A DNA stretch of 64,000 bases from Burkholderiaceae bacterium (GTDB taxonomy: Bacteria > Pseudomonadota > Gammaproteobacteria > Burkholderiales > Burkholderiaceae). The position numbers were made by a program, and so were the translations under genes. The DNA lies in NCBI GenBank assembly GCA_947380065.1, contig CANCPL010000001.1:17661-81660 (forward strand), written 5' to 3'. The notes beneath the pieces were generated by a model that was not told the DNA's origin, searched no databases, and worked only from the letters and a program-made list of their open reading frames with translations. Shown here piece after piece: positions 18,555-29,100 of the stretch (positions are counted from its first letter, which is position 1; each line of letters opens with the position of its first letter).

Positions 18555-19802
18555 TCACCCGGAAACGATTTGCCCCATCTTAAAGATGGGTAGATACATT
18601 GCAACCAAAATAAAACCGATCACTCCGCCCAAGAAGACAATCATGATTGGCTCCATCATCTGGGACATCTTGTCTACCGAGGTATCAAATTCTTCCTCGT
18701 AATAGGAGCTAATAGTATCGAGCATCTCACTCATATTTCCAGTCTGCTCACCAACGGATACCAATTGAGAAAAGGTGCTTGGGAAGATCTTAATTTTGGC
18801 TAATAGCTGTGACAGCGGCTCACCTGAAAACACACCGCGCTTAGCGGCTTGAATACCATCTTTAATCACTTCGTTCTTACTAGATTCTGCAGTGATATCT
18901 AGCGCCTCAATCACCGGAACGCCTGCATTCGTTAAGTTTCCATAAACCATAGCCAGTTGAGCAACATTCGAATGCAGAGCCATGTCACCAATTAAGGGAA
19001 GACGTAAAATCAGTGCGTGCCATTTTCTGCGCAAAGCTAAATTTCGCTTCAATACCATCCGAAAACCAATAAAGCTACTGATCAATATCACAGCAAGCAA
19101 GCCCCCACCAAAAGGATCTCGCAGGAAATCACTCATATTCACAATCATCAGTGTTGGTGCAGGCAATTGCGATCCCATACTGCCAAACATTTTGGCAAAT
19201 ACTGGCACGACAAAGATCATCATGATCGACAACACAATTGTCGCAACAGCCAATAAGATGCAGGGATAAAGTAGCGCAGACTGAATACTCTTTCGAATCT
19301 TAATTGTTTTACGGATGCTTAAAACCAATTTATCTAAGAAGATATCCAAACTACCACTCGACTCACCGGCACGGACGAGGTTAATGTAAATAGAATCAAA
19401 GACGTCTGGATGTTTGCCAAAGGCCTTCGATAAACTCGACCCAGCCTCTACGTCTTGATAAATCTCACTAATAGTTTTTTTCAGTAATGGATCGTCAACT
19501 TGGTCGCGCACCATTTCTAAGGAAGGCAAAATGGCTAAACCAGATCGCAGCATGGTTGCCATTTTTTTGGTGGCAATCATAATTTTATCGAGCCTAACCT
19601 TCCTAGGTATGCTGAATTTAAAACTGAGCTTTAGCGGCTTTCTCGCCTCTTTTTTCTCATCCTCCCACCCCTTTTTTTCCAAGCGGGTGATGATGATGCC
19701 ATCTTCTTTGAGCTTATAGGCTGCTTCATCGCGTGTTAATGCGGTAATAGTCCCATTTAGATACTGGGTATTCTTAATGCCCTTCCACGTAAAATCTGGC
19801 AT
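18555..19802 (-). CDS. pilC: type IV pilus platform protein PilC (GspF family)
   Basis: Two T2SSF domains (AGESSGSL, VGEQTG), SALLYP and MYLPIF motifs. Confidence 0.95.
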   Translation of the reverse strand: MPDFTWKGIKNTQYLNGTITALTRDEAAYKLKEDGIIITRLEKKGWEDEKKEARKPLKLSFKFSIPRKVRLDKIMIATKKMATMLRSGLAILPSLEMVRDQVDDPLLKKTISEIYQDVEAGSSLSKAFGKHPDVFDSIYINLVRAGESSGSLDIFLDKLVLSIRKTIKIRKSIQSALLYPCILLAVATIVLSIMMIFVVPVFAKMFGSMGSQLPAPTLMIVNMSDFLRDPFGGGLLAVILISSFIGFRMVLKRNLALRRKWHALILRLPLIGDMALHSNVAQLAMVYGNLTNAGVPVIEALDITAESSKNEVIKDGIQAAKRGVFSGEPLSQLLAKIKIFPSTFSQLVSVGEQTGNMSEMLDTISSYYEEEFDTSVDKMSQMMEPIMIVFLGGVIGFILVAMYLPIFKMGQIVSG

Positions 19803-19814
19803 ATATCAGCGCTA

Positions 19815-21635
19815 TCAGTGGAACACGAGATTGCGACGGTATTCATCAAGGGTTAAACGACCGTCTCTCATCATTTCTCGACCGATTTCCTGGATGTTGC
19901 GGAATCCGTCTTGGGCGGCAATCCTCTCCAAGTCAGTAGCAGCGGCATTATCAATAATGGCGGCACGAAGCTTGTCGCTAATTTTCAAGACCTCATAAAT
20001 ACCCTGACGCCCTTTGTAACCGGTGTGGTTGCACTTATCGCAACCTTTGCCATGGAAGAGCTTGAGTGAAGCAGCTTCTTCTGGACTAAAGCCAATATCC
20101 AATAAGCTAGCCTGATGGTCACCAGGAAGCTCTTCATTACAATGTGTGCAAATTTTTCTAGCTAAGCGTTGAGCAATCACTAATGTCAGTGCAGCACCAA
20201 TTAAGTATCCTGGGATTCCCATATTGACTAAACGCACGATAGTGCTGATAGCGTCATTCGCATGCAGGGTTGAGAGTACCAAGTGACCAGTCAGAGAGGC
20301 TTTAATGGAGATATCTGCAGTATCTTTATCGCGAATCTCTCCTACCAAAATCACCTCGGGATCCTGACGCAAAAATGATCGTAAGGCTTGTGAGAATGTC
20401 AGACCTATGTCATCCCGAATCTGAACTTGCCCAATTCCCTCTACAGTAAATTCCACAGGGTCTTCAGCAGTTAGAATATTAATGTCAGGCTTATTGAGTC
20501 GGCGCAAAGCACCATAGAGGGTGGTAGATTTACCTGAACCCGTAGGGCCGGTAACCAACACCATTCCTTGCGAGGCATCTACGGCTGAAATCACGTCTTT
20601 ATATTCTTTTTCTGGAAAGCCTAACTTATCCAGATCAAATGAAACACCCTCTCGATCCAAGATACGCATCACAATGCGCTCTCCAAAAACCGTTGGAAGC
20701 ACTGAGACGCGTAGGTCAATATCGCGTTTACCGGCTAAGGAGGTAACTATTGCGCCATCTTGTGGCAAGCGACGCTCGGAAATATCCAAAGAAGCCATAA
20801 TTTTAATGCGGGTAGTAATAGCTGAATAATTGGTGAACAAAAATTGTTTGTATTGCACCATTTCCTGAAGCACACCATCAATTCGATTTCGTAAAGTAGC
20901 GCGATCCTTATACAACTCAATATGAATATCGCTGGCACCCTTATTTACAGCATCAAAAATTAATGCATTAACAAATAAAATAATTTGTCCGCCCTGATCA
21001 TCAGGAGTGACACTTGGGGCAGCTGTTTTTGTTTTTGCTGATATTGCTATAGAGGTTGCAGTTTTTTCACCAAATAATAGGCTAGGCTTTTTTTTCGGCT
21101 TTAAGCCATCATTTAATTCAATCGCAGTGGAATTTTTACTCCCACTAATGGGGGAGCTTAAGCGAAAATCCACTGGATCTTTTGCGGGAATTTTAACTTT
21201 GACTGTTTGCAGCAAATGTTCCATTTCCAGAGGGGAAACGACTGTGGCAACAATCTTCTTGCCGGTAATTAACTTCGCACTAGAAATGCCTCTGAGCGCG
21301 CTTGGCTCAGAGATGGCAACCTTGATTTCAGTATCACTCAGAGAGAACGGAATAATGCGGTTGTCTAATACATAATTTCTTGGAATGACATCAACAAAAT
21401 GTAATGCAATATCCTCAATAATTGGGGCGGGAGTCAAAGATAGGTCTAAGTAATTAGATAGGCTTTCCTTAACTCCAATATCGCTCACAAAATTAGAGCG
21501 AACCAGAATTTCATAAAGATTGCGTCCGCTTTGACGACTCTCGGCTTCAGCTTGTTTGTAATCTACCGGGTTTACTAAGCCACGGTCTAATGTAAACCGG
21601 GCCATTTCTTGTGATAAATCTACCGTAGCAATCAT
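19815..21635 (-). CDS. pilB: type IV pilus assembly ATPase PilB
   Basis: ASDIHIE, GPTGSGKSTT, LRQDPEVILVGEIRD, TGHLVLSTLH and the tetracysteine Zn motif. Confidence 0.95.
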   Translation of the reverse strand: MIATVDLSQEMARFTLDRGLVNPVDYKQAEAESRQSGRNLYEILVRSNFVSDIGVKESLSNYLDLSLTPAPIIEDIALHFVDVIPRNYVLDNRIIPFSLSDTEIKVAISEPSALRGISSAKLITGKKIVATVVSPLEMEHLLQTVKVKIPAKDPVDFRLSSPISGSKNSTAIELNDGLKPKKKPSLLFGEKTATSIAISAKTKTAAPSVTPDDQGGQIILFVNALIFDAVNKGASDIHIELYKDRATLRNRIDGVLQEMVQYKQFLFTNYSAITTRIKIMASLDISERRLPQDGAIVTSLAGKRDIDLRVSVLPTVFGERIVMRILDREGVSFDLDKLGFPEKEYKDVISAVDASQGMVLVTGPTGSGKSTTLYGALRRLNKPDINILTAEDPVEFTVEGIGQVQIRDDIGLTFSQALRSFLRQDPEVILVGEIRDKDTADISIKASLTGHLVLSTLHANDAISTIVRLVNMGIPGYLIGAALTLVIAQRLARKICTHCNEELPGDHQASLLDIGFSPEEAASLKLFHGKGCDKCNHTGYKGRQGIYEVLKISDKLRAAIIDNAAATDLERIAAQDGFRNIQEIGREMMRDGRLTLDEYRRNLVFH

Positions 21636-21637
21636 CG

Positions 21638-23206
21638 CTAATTGAGAACCTTAGGCGCTATGAAAACCAACAATTGGGTTTTGTTGTCCACCTTCTTGTT
21701 GTATCTAAATAAGGCGCCTAAGTAAGGAATGTCTCCAAGCAGAGGAACCTTAATCGTTTTATTTTCTTGGGTCTGATCATAGATACCACCAATCACTGCA
21801 ATCGTACCATCCTTGATCAGCAGCTTACTTCTCACTTCTCTTTTATTAATAGAAGGCGGTGAAGTGGTGTAGTTTGGGGAATCCTTGTTGACGATCATAT
21901 TTAAAAATAGATTACCATCGCCGACAACGCTAGGAGTAACCGTTAATTTCAGGGCTGCATCCTTAAATTCATAGGTAATCTGATTGGTGCCGACTCCTGG
22001 AACAGGATATGGAATCTGCACACCATCAATCACAACCGCCTCTTCATTGTCCATCGTAAATACGTGTGGATTAGAAATAATCTTGAGAAGGTCTAGCTGC
22101 TCCAAAGCAGTTAATTCAACCTTCAAGGCATTCGAAGTGGTTTGGTACAAATAACCTAAGCCAAAGGGGTTTGCCAAACCGGTTACTGGCTGATTAAATA
22201 CAGAGCCAGTATCGGTACCCAATTGGATTGGGGTTGGGCCTAAATTCAGGCCATTAGTACCCCCCACAGAACTTCGGCCTGCATTATTGGAAGAACTATT
22301 TGTATAGGCCCCTAAGCGCACTCCAAGTTCGCGCTGCCAATCATCTGTAGCCTCTACGACGAAGGCCTCAATCAGAACCTCTTGTGTGCGGATGTCTAAC
22401 TTAGAGATGAGTTTTGCTGCCAAATCCATCTCACTCTTCGTGCCTTTAATAATGATCGAATTAATACGCTCATCAGTAGTAATTTCAATAATTCCACCTG
22501 GTGGACGGACAGCGATAGCGCCTCCTGGAGCAGTACCACCAAAGATAGCCTCTAACTGCGCCTTCACACGAGCAGGTTTGGTGTAATACAGGCGGAATAT
22601 CTCGGTGTATTGCGTACTAACAATTCGTTTGGCTGCAATTTGCTTGCTCACTTCTTCTAAGCGCTTGCGCTCAAATTCATCACGTGCCAAGACAGTCTCT
22701 GGCTTTTGAATGCGAATAATGCCTGCTTCACTATCTACGCTTTTTGATAGACCTTTTATCCGCAAAATATTATCTAGCGCCTTATCCCAAGGCACATTCG
22801 TAATTTTGACGGTCACAGTTCCTTCGACTTCATCACCAACCAAAATATTGACGCCTGAAACCTGAGTCATCGCCTGAGCCAACTCACGAATATCGACATC
22901 AACAAAATTCAGGGTGACGTTAAAAGATTTCCACTTACCGTCTTCAGTTCGTTGTGACTCATTAATAAAGTTACGACGCTGCGAATCCAACTCGGCATTG
23001 GGCTTCTTATCAATCTTGGGGCCAATCTCTAAAGTCTTTTGAGTCTTAGGAGCAAGCTCATTCATGATCTGCTCAGGATCTAAACCCATACTTGCACGCA
23101 TTTGTGCATTAGACGGAGGCGGCATAGAACCATCCGACATACAAGCTGTCAAGCTCAGTAGCACGAGAAGCGCTAAATAAGTGAGAGTAGTCTTAGGTGA
23201 CATCAT
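21638..23206 (-). CDS. pilQ: type IV pilus secretin PilQ (lipoprotein, no AMIN domains)
   Basis: Lipobox LTA-C, NVPWDKALD, DERINSII and VPLLGDIPYLGALF secretin motifs. Confidence 0.92.
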   Translation of the reverse strand: MMSPKTTLTYLALLVLLSLTACMSDGSMPPPSNAQMRASMGLDPEQIMNELAPKTQKTLEIGPKIDKKPNAELDSQRRNFINESQRTEDGKWKSFNVTLNFVDVDIRELAQAMTQVSGVNILVGDEVEGTVTVKITNVPWDKALDNILRIKGLSKSVDSEAGIIRIQKPETVLARDEFERKRLEEVSKQIAAKRIVSTQYTEIFRLYYTKPARVKAQLEAIFGGTAPGGAIAVRPPGGIIEITTDERINSIIIKGTKSEMDLAAKLISKLDIRTQEVLIEAFVVEATDDWQRELGVRLGAYTNSSSNNAGRSSVGGTNGLNLGPTPIQLGTDTGSVFNQPVTGLANPFGLGYLYQTTSNALKVELTALEQLDLLKIISNPHVFTMDNEEAVVIDGVQIPYPVPGVGTNQITYEFKDAALKLTVTPSVVGDGNLFLNMIVNKDSPNYTTSPPSINKREVRSKLLIKDGTIAVIGGIYDQTQENKTIKVPLLGDIPYLGALFRYNKKVDNKTQLLVFIAPKVLN

Positions 23207-24429
23207 CTTGCGCCCCCTGATCTAGAAGTATCCGCTGGCGGATATTGACCAGCTTGTGACTGCAAATAAAGACGGATCTTACCGTTGGGCTGACGCAAAA
23301 TAATTCCATCCGTATCAATGTCAACAATGACTCCACCCTGATTTCCCAAACGATCACCCACTCTCACAACAAAACTCTCTCTAAAATCAGTGCGAATCAT
23401 GGCTGCTTTTGTAGAAGAAGAAACTACCACACCCATGATTACATAGGATTGTGGATCAGCCATCAATAAAGGGGAATATCGCGGATCACGGCCACCCTCG
23501 ATCATCCCGCTGGAGGATTTTGAAAAAGGGTCACGGTCATTGATGCGCCCACCATCGGTTGATGGCGGATCGTTGACTATTTGCTCGTTTTTCAAAAGAC
23601 CTGGCCCAGTGTCAGATTTAGTAGCCGCGGTGGCTTTATTGATGAATTGGCTTAAGGCCACATCTAGAGCACGTTGAAATGCCGGCACATGAGCCACTTT
23701 GGTTTGCAACTTTTGCGGCAAACGATAAGTGGAAAGTTGGGACTTTACCTGCACCAAACCATGCGTATTGCCACTGACTAAAATAATTTGCTCTTTGTCA
23801 ATATTGACTGTTTTCTCAAATCCAGCCAATAGTTTGCGGTAGCGCATATAGCGGTTGTAATTACCCGTGAGCTCTACCTTGAGCTTAATGCGATAAAACA
23901 AAGGGGTTGCATTAGCGGCGTTGGGCGCAGCACCTGGAACTGCAGGTGCAACAGGCGGATTGGGAGCGCCTGGAGTAACTGGTTGTCCTGGTGGCGTAGT
24001 TCTTCCACCAGCGTAAATAGCCTCTTCACCATCTGTGGAGAGCGCGCTGATGACCAAACCTTGTGAACTGGCCATTTGACTTAAGCGTTGATACATATCT
24101 TCTAACTCTGACTCGACGCTAAACAGGCGATTGAGTTCCAAATAATTCATTTCGGCTTGAAGCAATTCTTCTTGCGCACGCTTATTGGCTACATCCAGAT
24201 ATTTAATCTTGGCTTCCATTTCTGGTATTGCTGCAATTTTTTGCGCAATCTGATCACGCTCTGCTAAGTATGGCAAAAATACAAAAGCAATATAGGCAAT
24301 AAACAATAAGGCTGCGAATCCACCCCACAACACCATTTTGGCTTGCGTACCCTTGAGGGATGAATTCTTATTGAGCGCACCTTTAAGAAGCGCACCTAGA
24401 TCGAGATTTTTAAGTTCAGAAAGGTTCAT
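23203..24429 (-). CDS. PilO-PilP fusion protein
   Basis: TM helix, coiled coil and PilO ferredoxin-like region (KVELTGNY), followed by RDPF and VRVGDRLGNQGGVI typical of PilP. Confidence 0.8.
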   Translation of the reverse strand: MNLSELKNLDLGALLKGALNKNSSLKGTQAKMVLWGGFAALLFIAYIAFVFLPYLAERDQIAQKIAAIPEMEAKIKYLDVANKRAQEELLQAEMNYLELNRLFSVESELEDMYQRLSQMASSQGLVISALSTDGEEAIYAGGRTTPPGQPVTPGAPNPPVAPAVPGAAPNAANATPLFYRIKLKVELTGNYNRYMRYRKLLAGFEKTVNIDKEQIILVSGNTHGLVQVKSQLSTYRLPQKLQTKVAHVPAFQRALDVALSQFINKATAATKSDTGPGLLKNEQIVNDPPSTDGGRINDRDPFSKSSSGMIEGGRDPRYSPLLMADPQSYVIMGVVVSSSTKAAMIRTDFRESFVVRVGDRLGNQGGVIVDIDTDGIILRQPNGKIRLYLQSQAGQYPPADTSRSGGAR

Positions 24430-24430
24430 T

Positions 24431-26125
24431 TTATGGACGTTGCGATGGCGCCTTGGCTGAGTTTGCGGTTTGAGTATCGGGTTTCAAAACACATTTAATC
24501 TGAAACTGCTTATACCCACCAACCGCATTGCGGCCTCCACCTGCTTGAGTATTTTGCGGAGTATTGTTGATAGCCATTGTGCTTAAGGACGCGTGAGCAA
24601 TCATCGGTAATCCTTGCAAACGATCCACCAAGTTGACGATCACCTGATCACTGACGGCATCCCCCTTGATGCTGAGGGTAGCTGGATTTTCAAATGTTAA
24701 GTCGGTAAACCAAACCCCACCAGGCACAACCCCGTTAACCGCATTCAAGAGTGCATAAGTACTTGCTTGATTTGACTTCAGCTCACTACTAGCTTGCAGC
24801 ATTTGAGTGTAGCGTGACCTCTGCGCTGTCAGCTTCGTCAGAATGGCTTCTTTTAGCCTCACATCCTCTTCCAAGCGAATGGCCTTTTGGTACTGAGGGT
24901 CAGCAGTGCCCGATGAGAATAATTGATTGAGGAGCGTAAAGATCATGAACAGAACAAGGGCTACGCCACAAGCTCTGATGCCCATCTTCGAAAGAATCTT
25001 TTTCTTTTCAGCCCGTTTGACCGTATCTTTATTGGGCAATAAGTTAACGTTATTAACGCCGGTTACATATTTGTAATATCCAAAAATATCCACTTTTCTG
25101 GTAGCCAAGCCAATGGCAGAACTAAAGACTGAGCTATTGTTCCCAGACCCCGTTTTATCTTGCAGATTGGCTGGAATGACTAAATCAAGCATGGGGTTAA
25201 AAAGCTCTACGCGATAACCATCCAAGCAATTTCTCAATTGAATCAATAATTCAGCGGTATCCGGTATTGGAGAAACCAGTAACACTTTTTCAATCAGGTT
25301 AGCGCCAACCTTCGTTTCGTAGGCTCGGAATGCTTGACGGATTTGACCTGAAAGACGGTCGTATAAACGATCACCCGCCTCGCCAGGTGGTACGCCATTC
25401 TCAATGAGCGCCCTATCGGGTTCGGAGACATAAACATCATAAATAAATGGGGCATCGTCGGTAATGATTAGTACGTAGTTTTCGTGAGGACCGCACTCAA
25501 TTAGGGCCGTTGTTTTTTGCGACCGCAATTGTTGAGTTTTGAGCGCATTACGAATGGCAAAACATCGTACGTCTACTACAACAGGATTCAAGCCAGCTTT
25601 GGTGGCAATTTGAACATAATGATTTATCTCGGACAACTTGGAAGCAACGAACAATAGCTCCATCGTATTTTCAGAGGCATTGCGACGAATCACTTGCCAA
25701 AAGATGGAATACTCTTCTAGCTTCTCCGCCAGTTGAATAATGTTGCTCCACAAACTATCGTATTCAATCGCACTTTCAATTTCTTCATCGCTCATCAACG
25801 GTAACGTAACCGTTCGAATGATTGCGCTAGTAATTGGGATCGAAATCGCAACGTTAGGCGCCTCTAACTTCGCGCCAATAATGAGCTCTTTTAGCTTGTT
25901 GACGTATAACTCTTGGTTTGTCTGAATATCCGATAAGCCAGCATGTTCACCAATATATTTGGAGCCAATTTTCTCCAACATCCATTTGCCGTTATCTTCA
26001 GATAACTGTGCAACACGAATGTAATTTGGCGTAATGTCGACCCCAACGACGTCCTCCTGCTTGACGGAGTACTTACTCAGTAGATCAATGAAGTACCGTA
26101 ACAGGGGTTGAAAAGGGTTATTCAT
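24431..26125 (-). CDS. pilM: PilM-PilN fusion protein
   Basis: Actin-like PilM domain (VGVDI, AGLNPVVVDV, AIGLA), then the PilN motif VNLLP, a TM helix, a coiled coil and PGGVWFT. Confidence 0.88.
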   Translation of the reverse strand: MNNPFQPLLRYFIDLLSKYSVKQEDVVGVDITPNYIRVAQLSEDNGKWMLEKIGSKYIGEHAGLSDIQTNQELYVNKLKELIIGAKLEAPNVAISIPITSAIIRTVTLPLMSDEEIESAIEYDSLWSNIIQLAEKLEEYSIFWQVIRRNASENTMELLFVASKLSEINHYVQIATKAGLNPVVVDVRCFAIRNALKTQQLRSQKTTALIECGPHENYVLIITDDAPFIYDVYVSEPDRALIENGVPPGEAGDRLYDRLSGQIRQAFRAYETKVGANLIEKVLLVSPIPDTAELLIQLRNCLDGYRVELFNPMLDLVIPANLQDKTGSGNNSSVFSSAIGLATRKVDIFGYYKYVTGVNNVNLLPNKDTVKRAEKKKILSKMGIRACGVALVLFMIFTLLNQLFSSGTADPQYQKAIRLEEDVRLKEAILTKLTAQRSRYTQMLQASSELKSNQASTYALLNAVNGVVPGGVWFTDLTFENPATLSIKGDAVSDQVIVNLVDRLQGLPMIAHASLSTMAINNTPQNTQAGGGRNAVGGYKQFQIKCVLKPDTQTANSAKAPSQRP

Positions 26126-26181
26126 TCAGAAGCTAAAAATTCTCAAAATATGTCAAAAGTATATATAAAACGCCATAGCGC

Positions 26182-29100
26182 TTAATATACCTTCTTTTCA
26201 CGCCAGGACTTGTATTTCACGGGGGATTTCTGGTTGCCGCAGACCTGACAAACTAAGTTTTGCGAGCCCGTTGTTGAGGTGGTTCCTGGCTTGACATTCC
26301 CCATGCCAACATAGACATTTCCACGTCCATCCACAACCGGGGCAGTTGCCAGACCATTGCCCAGAGTCGCCGAATTACTGCCGGCCTGACAACTGTCGGC
26401 AACCTCGATCAGGCGGCTTGTTCCATACAGCGGACAAGCCAAATCCTCGGGTTGGTAGGCAACAAAATAGACCTTTCCATTCGAAACCGCTGCCCGTCCA
26501 ATGACCTTTTGGTAATCGGCCGCTGGGTTAACCCCTGATTTAGCGTAAACATCTGCGTACCAGGAGTTGTTAACTGAGCATTGTTGGGCATTCACATTAG
26601 TGAAGGTGCTAACCGTCTGCTTTGTTTGGGTTAATGAGGTAGCCGGAAAGTCTGGATCCATCACCCCAAAAATTCGGTTATTAATGGTAGAAACTCGCCG
26701 TTGCAGCCTAATCTGGTCTCCAGAACCGAAATAGTTAAAGAGGCGATTTACAGAGGCGCCCAAGGCATTAGTCCCGGAAACAATTGTTGACCCAAGCTGG
26801 TTATAAGCTAGCCGATCATTGGACAAGGTTGCCTGGTCCAAAAAGGACTCATATAAGGTGAAGAGCCCGCTATTGGCGTCCGATAAGCTCTGCTTGCTCA
26901 AGTTGTATTTCCATAACTTGCCCTGCAGATCAGTGAAGTAAGCCAGTCCACCATAGTAGTTGGCCATGGAAGTTCCGTCGCCTGTAACCACTGTTAAGTG
27001 AGCTGTCACGCCATTGGGAATATTCGAGCTGTTATCGCTGGCTACTGGAGTAACCGCCAAAACATGTCCTCCAGTGGAGGTAACCACAGAAGAGCCTGTA
27101 GCGCCACAAGATGCTGTAGATTTTGAAGCATCTGGTTCCAACTCTAGAACGTAAACATAAGACCCGTATGAACTTGCAGAAGTAGTGCCACTTGAAGAAG
27201 CGCCACCCGCAAAACCACCGCCAAAGGCAGCAACCCAACGCTGGGTTGTAGACCCTACCGAATACGGCAGCAGTGTGATTACTGGCCTGGACCATGCGCC
27301 CCCCAGTTTTGAATAATCAAAGCTAGTACAGCTGGCGTTATAGGCAAACGTCGATTTTTTACCGCTGGCATCCCAATAATTAATCACTTTATTAGCAGTG
27401 TCATTATTAATGGTGAACAAATGGGCTGGAGTATCAGGATTGGTAATGTCTAAGGCATAGTAGCCGTTTCCACCCCATCCCAGACCACCCATCAAGACAG
27501 TTTTCCACACACCTTGCCCAGAAAAATAGACATCTTTGACGGTAATCGGTCCATCAACGCTAAAAATACTATTACTAGTACCCGAGCCTGAATTGAGGCC
27601 TTTCGTACCAGTTTCATTTCTGAGCATGGGAATGACTGAAGGCGGAATAAAAGCCCAGCGTTCATTTAAATCCGTATCAAAAGCATGCAACATGCCATCG
27701 TTGGCACCAACATAGAGTTGTGATCTACGCGAAGAATTGTTGCTGATAAACGATGGGTAATTATTTTGATAACGGTAATACGCTTCAGATTTACCAAAGG
27801 TAGCTGCATCTGAGCTCCAAGGAGCATTAGGAATACCTACCAACACCATCTCTGAGTGGTAGGTGTCACCCAATACAGAAGTTCTAACGGCGTTAGTGGC
27901 AGAGGTATCTTCCCATGAAGAATTTAGGCCTCTAGTAAAATTAATTAAGTCTTGGGTCGCCGTTGCATTTGAAGTAGCTGGGCAGTTGTACATCAAGCTC
28001 TCTAACTTAGTACTGTTCGCTAGCGTGACATTGTTATAAGCGTTATCGAGCGGCAATCCAGCCGACATACACAATGGGTCGTATCCCACTGTCCAGATAG
28101 ATCTTCCGCCTCCAGAATATGCGTTATTACTAGCGGCTCTTAATAGCAATTTTGATTGTGCTGAAGCTGATGGGATATTTGAGGTCAGCGCGCCACTAGC
28201 ATCGACGTCATAACGATTGATCTCACCAATCCACTGCTTATCCTTTTGATACTTAAACAATGCTTGATAGATAGTCCCATCTCCAATTACTGGTGGAGCA
28301 AAAGTTTGCCAAACATCTTGACGGGTACTACTGCCCGCAGGAAGAGAAGCCGTCTTAGTAGGCAGTGTTGGTGCAACCGCTGATCCACTAACGCCTTTAA
28401 AACCAAAACCAAAGGCGATGGTTGGATAATTTGGATCATAGCCAAGCGAATAAACACCAGCACCTACTGTAGTCAGTGCATTGGTAACCTCTGCTTTCGA
28501 TGCGCCTGCGCCGTAATAGATATAAAAAATAGCGGATTCATTGCAAAGAAGATCACCAAATTGGAAAGTAAAGGAGGCGCCTAAGTTTGTAGTCTGATTA
28601 TTCACCGTCCCTCCGATCCCTGCATAGTCCATATGGGTATTAGCCAATACGGGTAACGGAGAGGCTTTGCAGGCAACAGATGGGTCAGGCGTAATGGAAT
28701 AGTGAGAACCGCCGTTATCACAGGCATCAAATACTTTAGGCGTATAAGCACTTGCATAGGAGGCCGCAACACCCACCATATCGGTATACACCGTAGTCAG
28801 GTTATTGAGCATATCCCAGTCCATGATGCGGCGGTAACGCACATCAGTCAGTGTGCCACCAGAAATATTCGTAATCGTGACAAGTGCTTGAAACAGATTG
28901 GGATTGGTTGGACCACTGGTAGGGCCGTAGATATGGGTTACCTCTAAAAGAGGTGTTTTAGTTGGATCGGCTGGATCACTAATCCACACGGTGGATTTAA
29001 TACTAGTGGAGTCCACCACAAAACTTTTAACCGTAATGTTGCTCGAAATTCCGCCTGCATCTACAGAGGCATAAGCTGAGATCGTTTTATTACTTACGGG

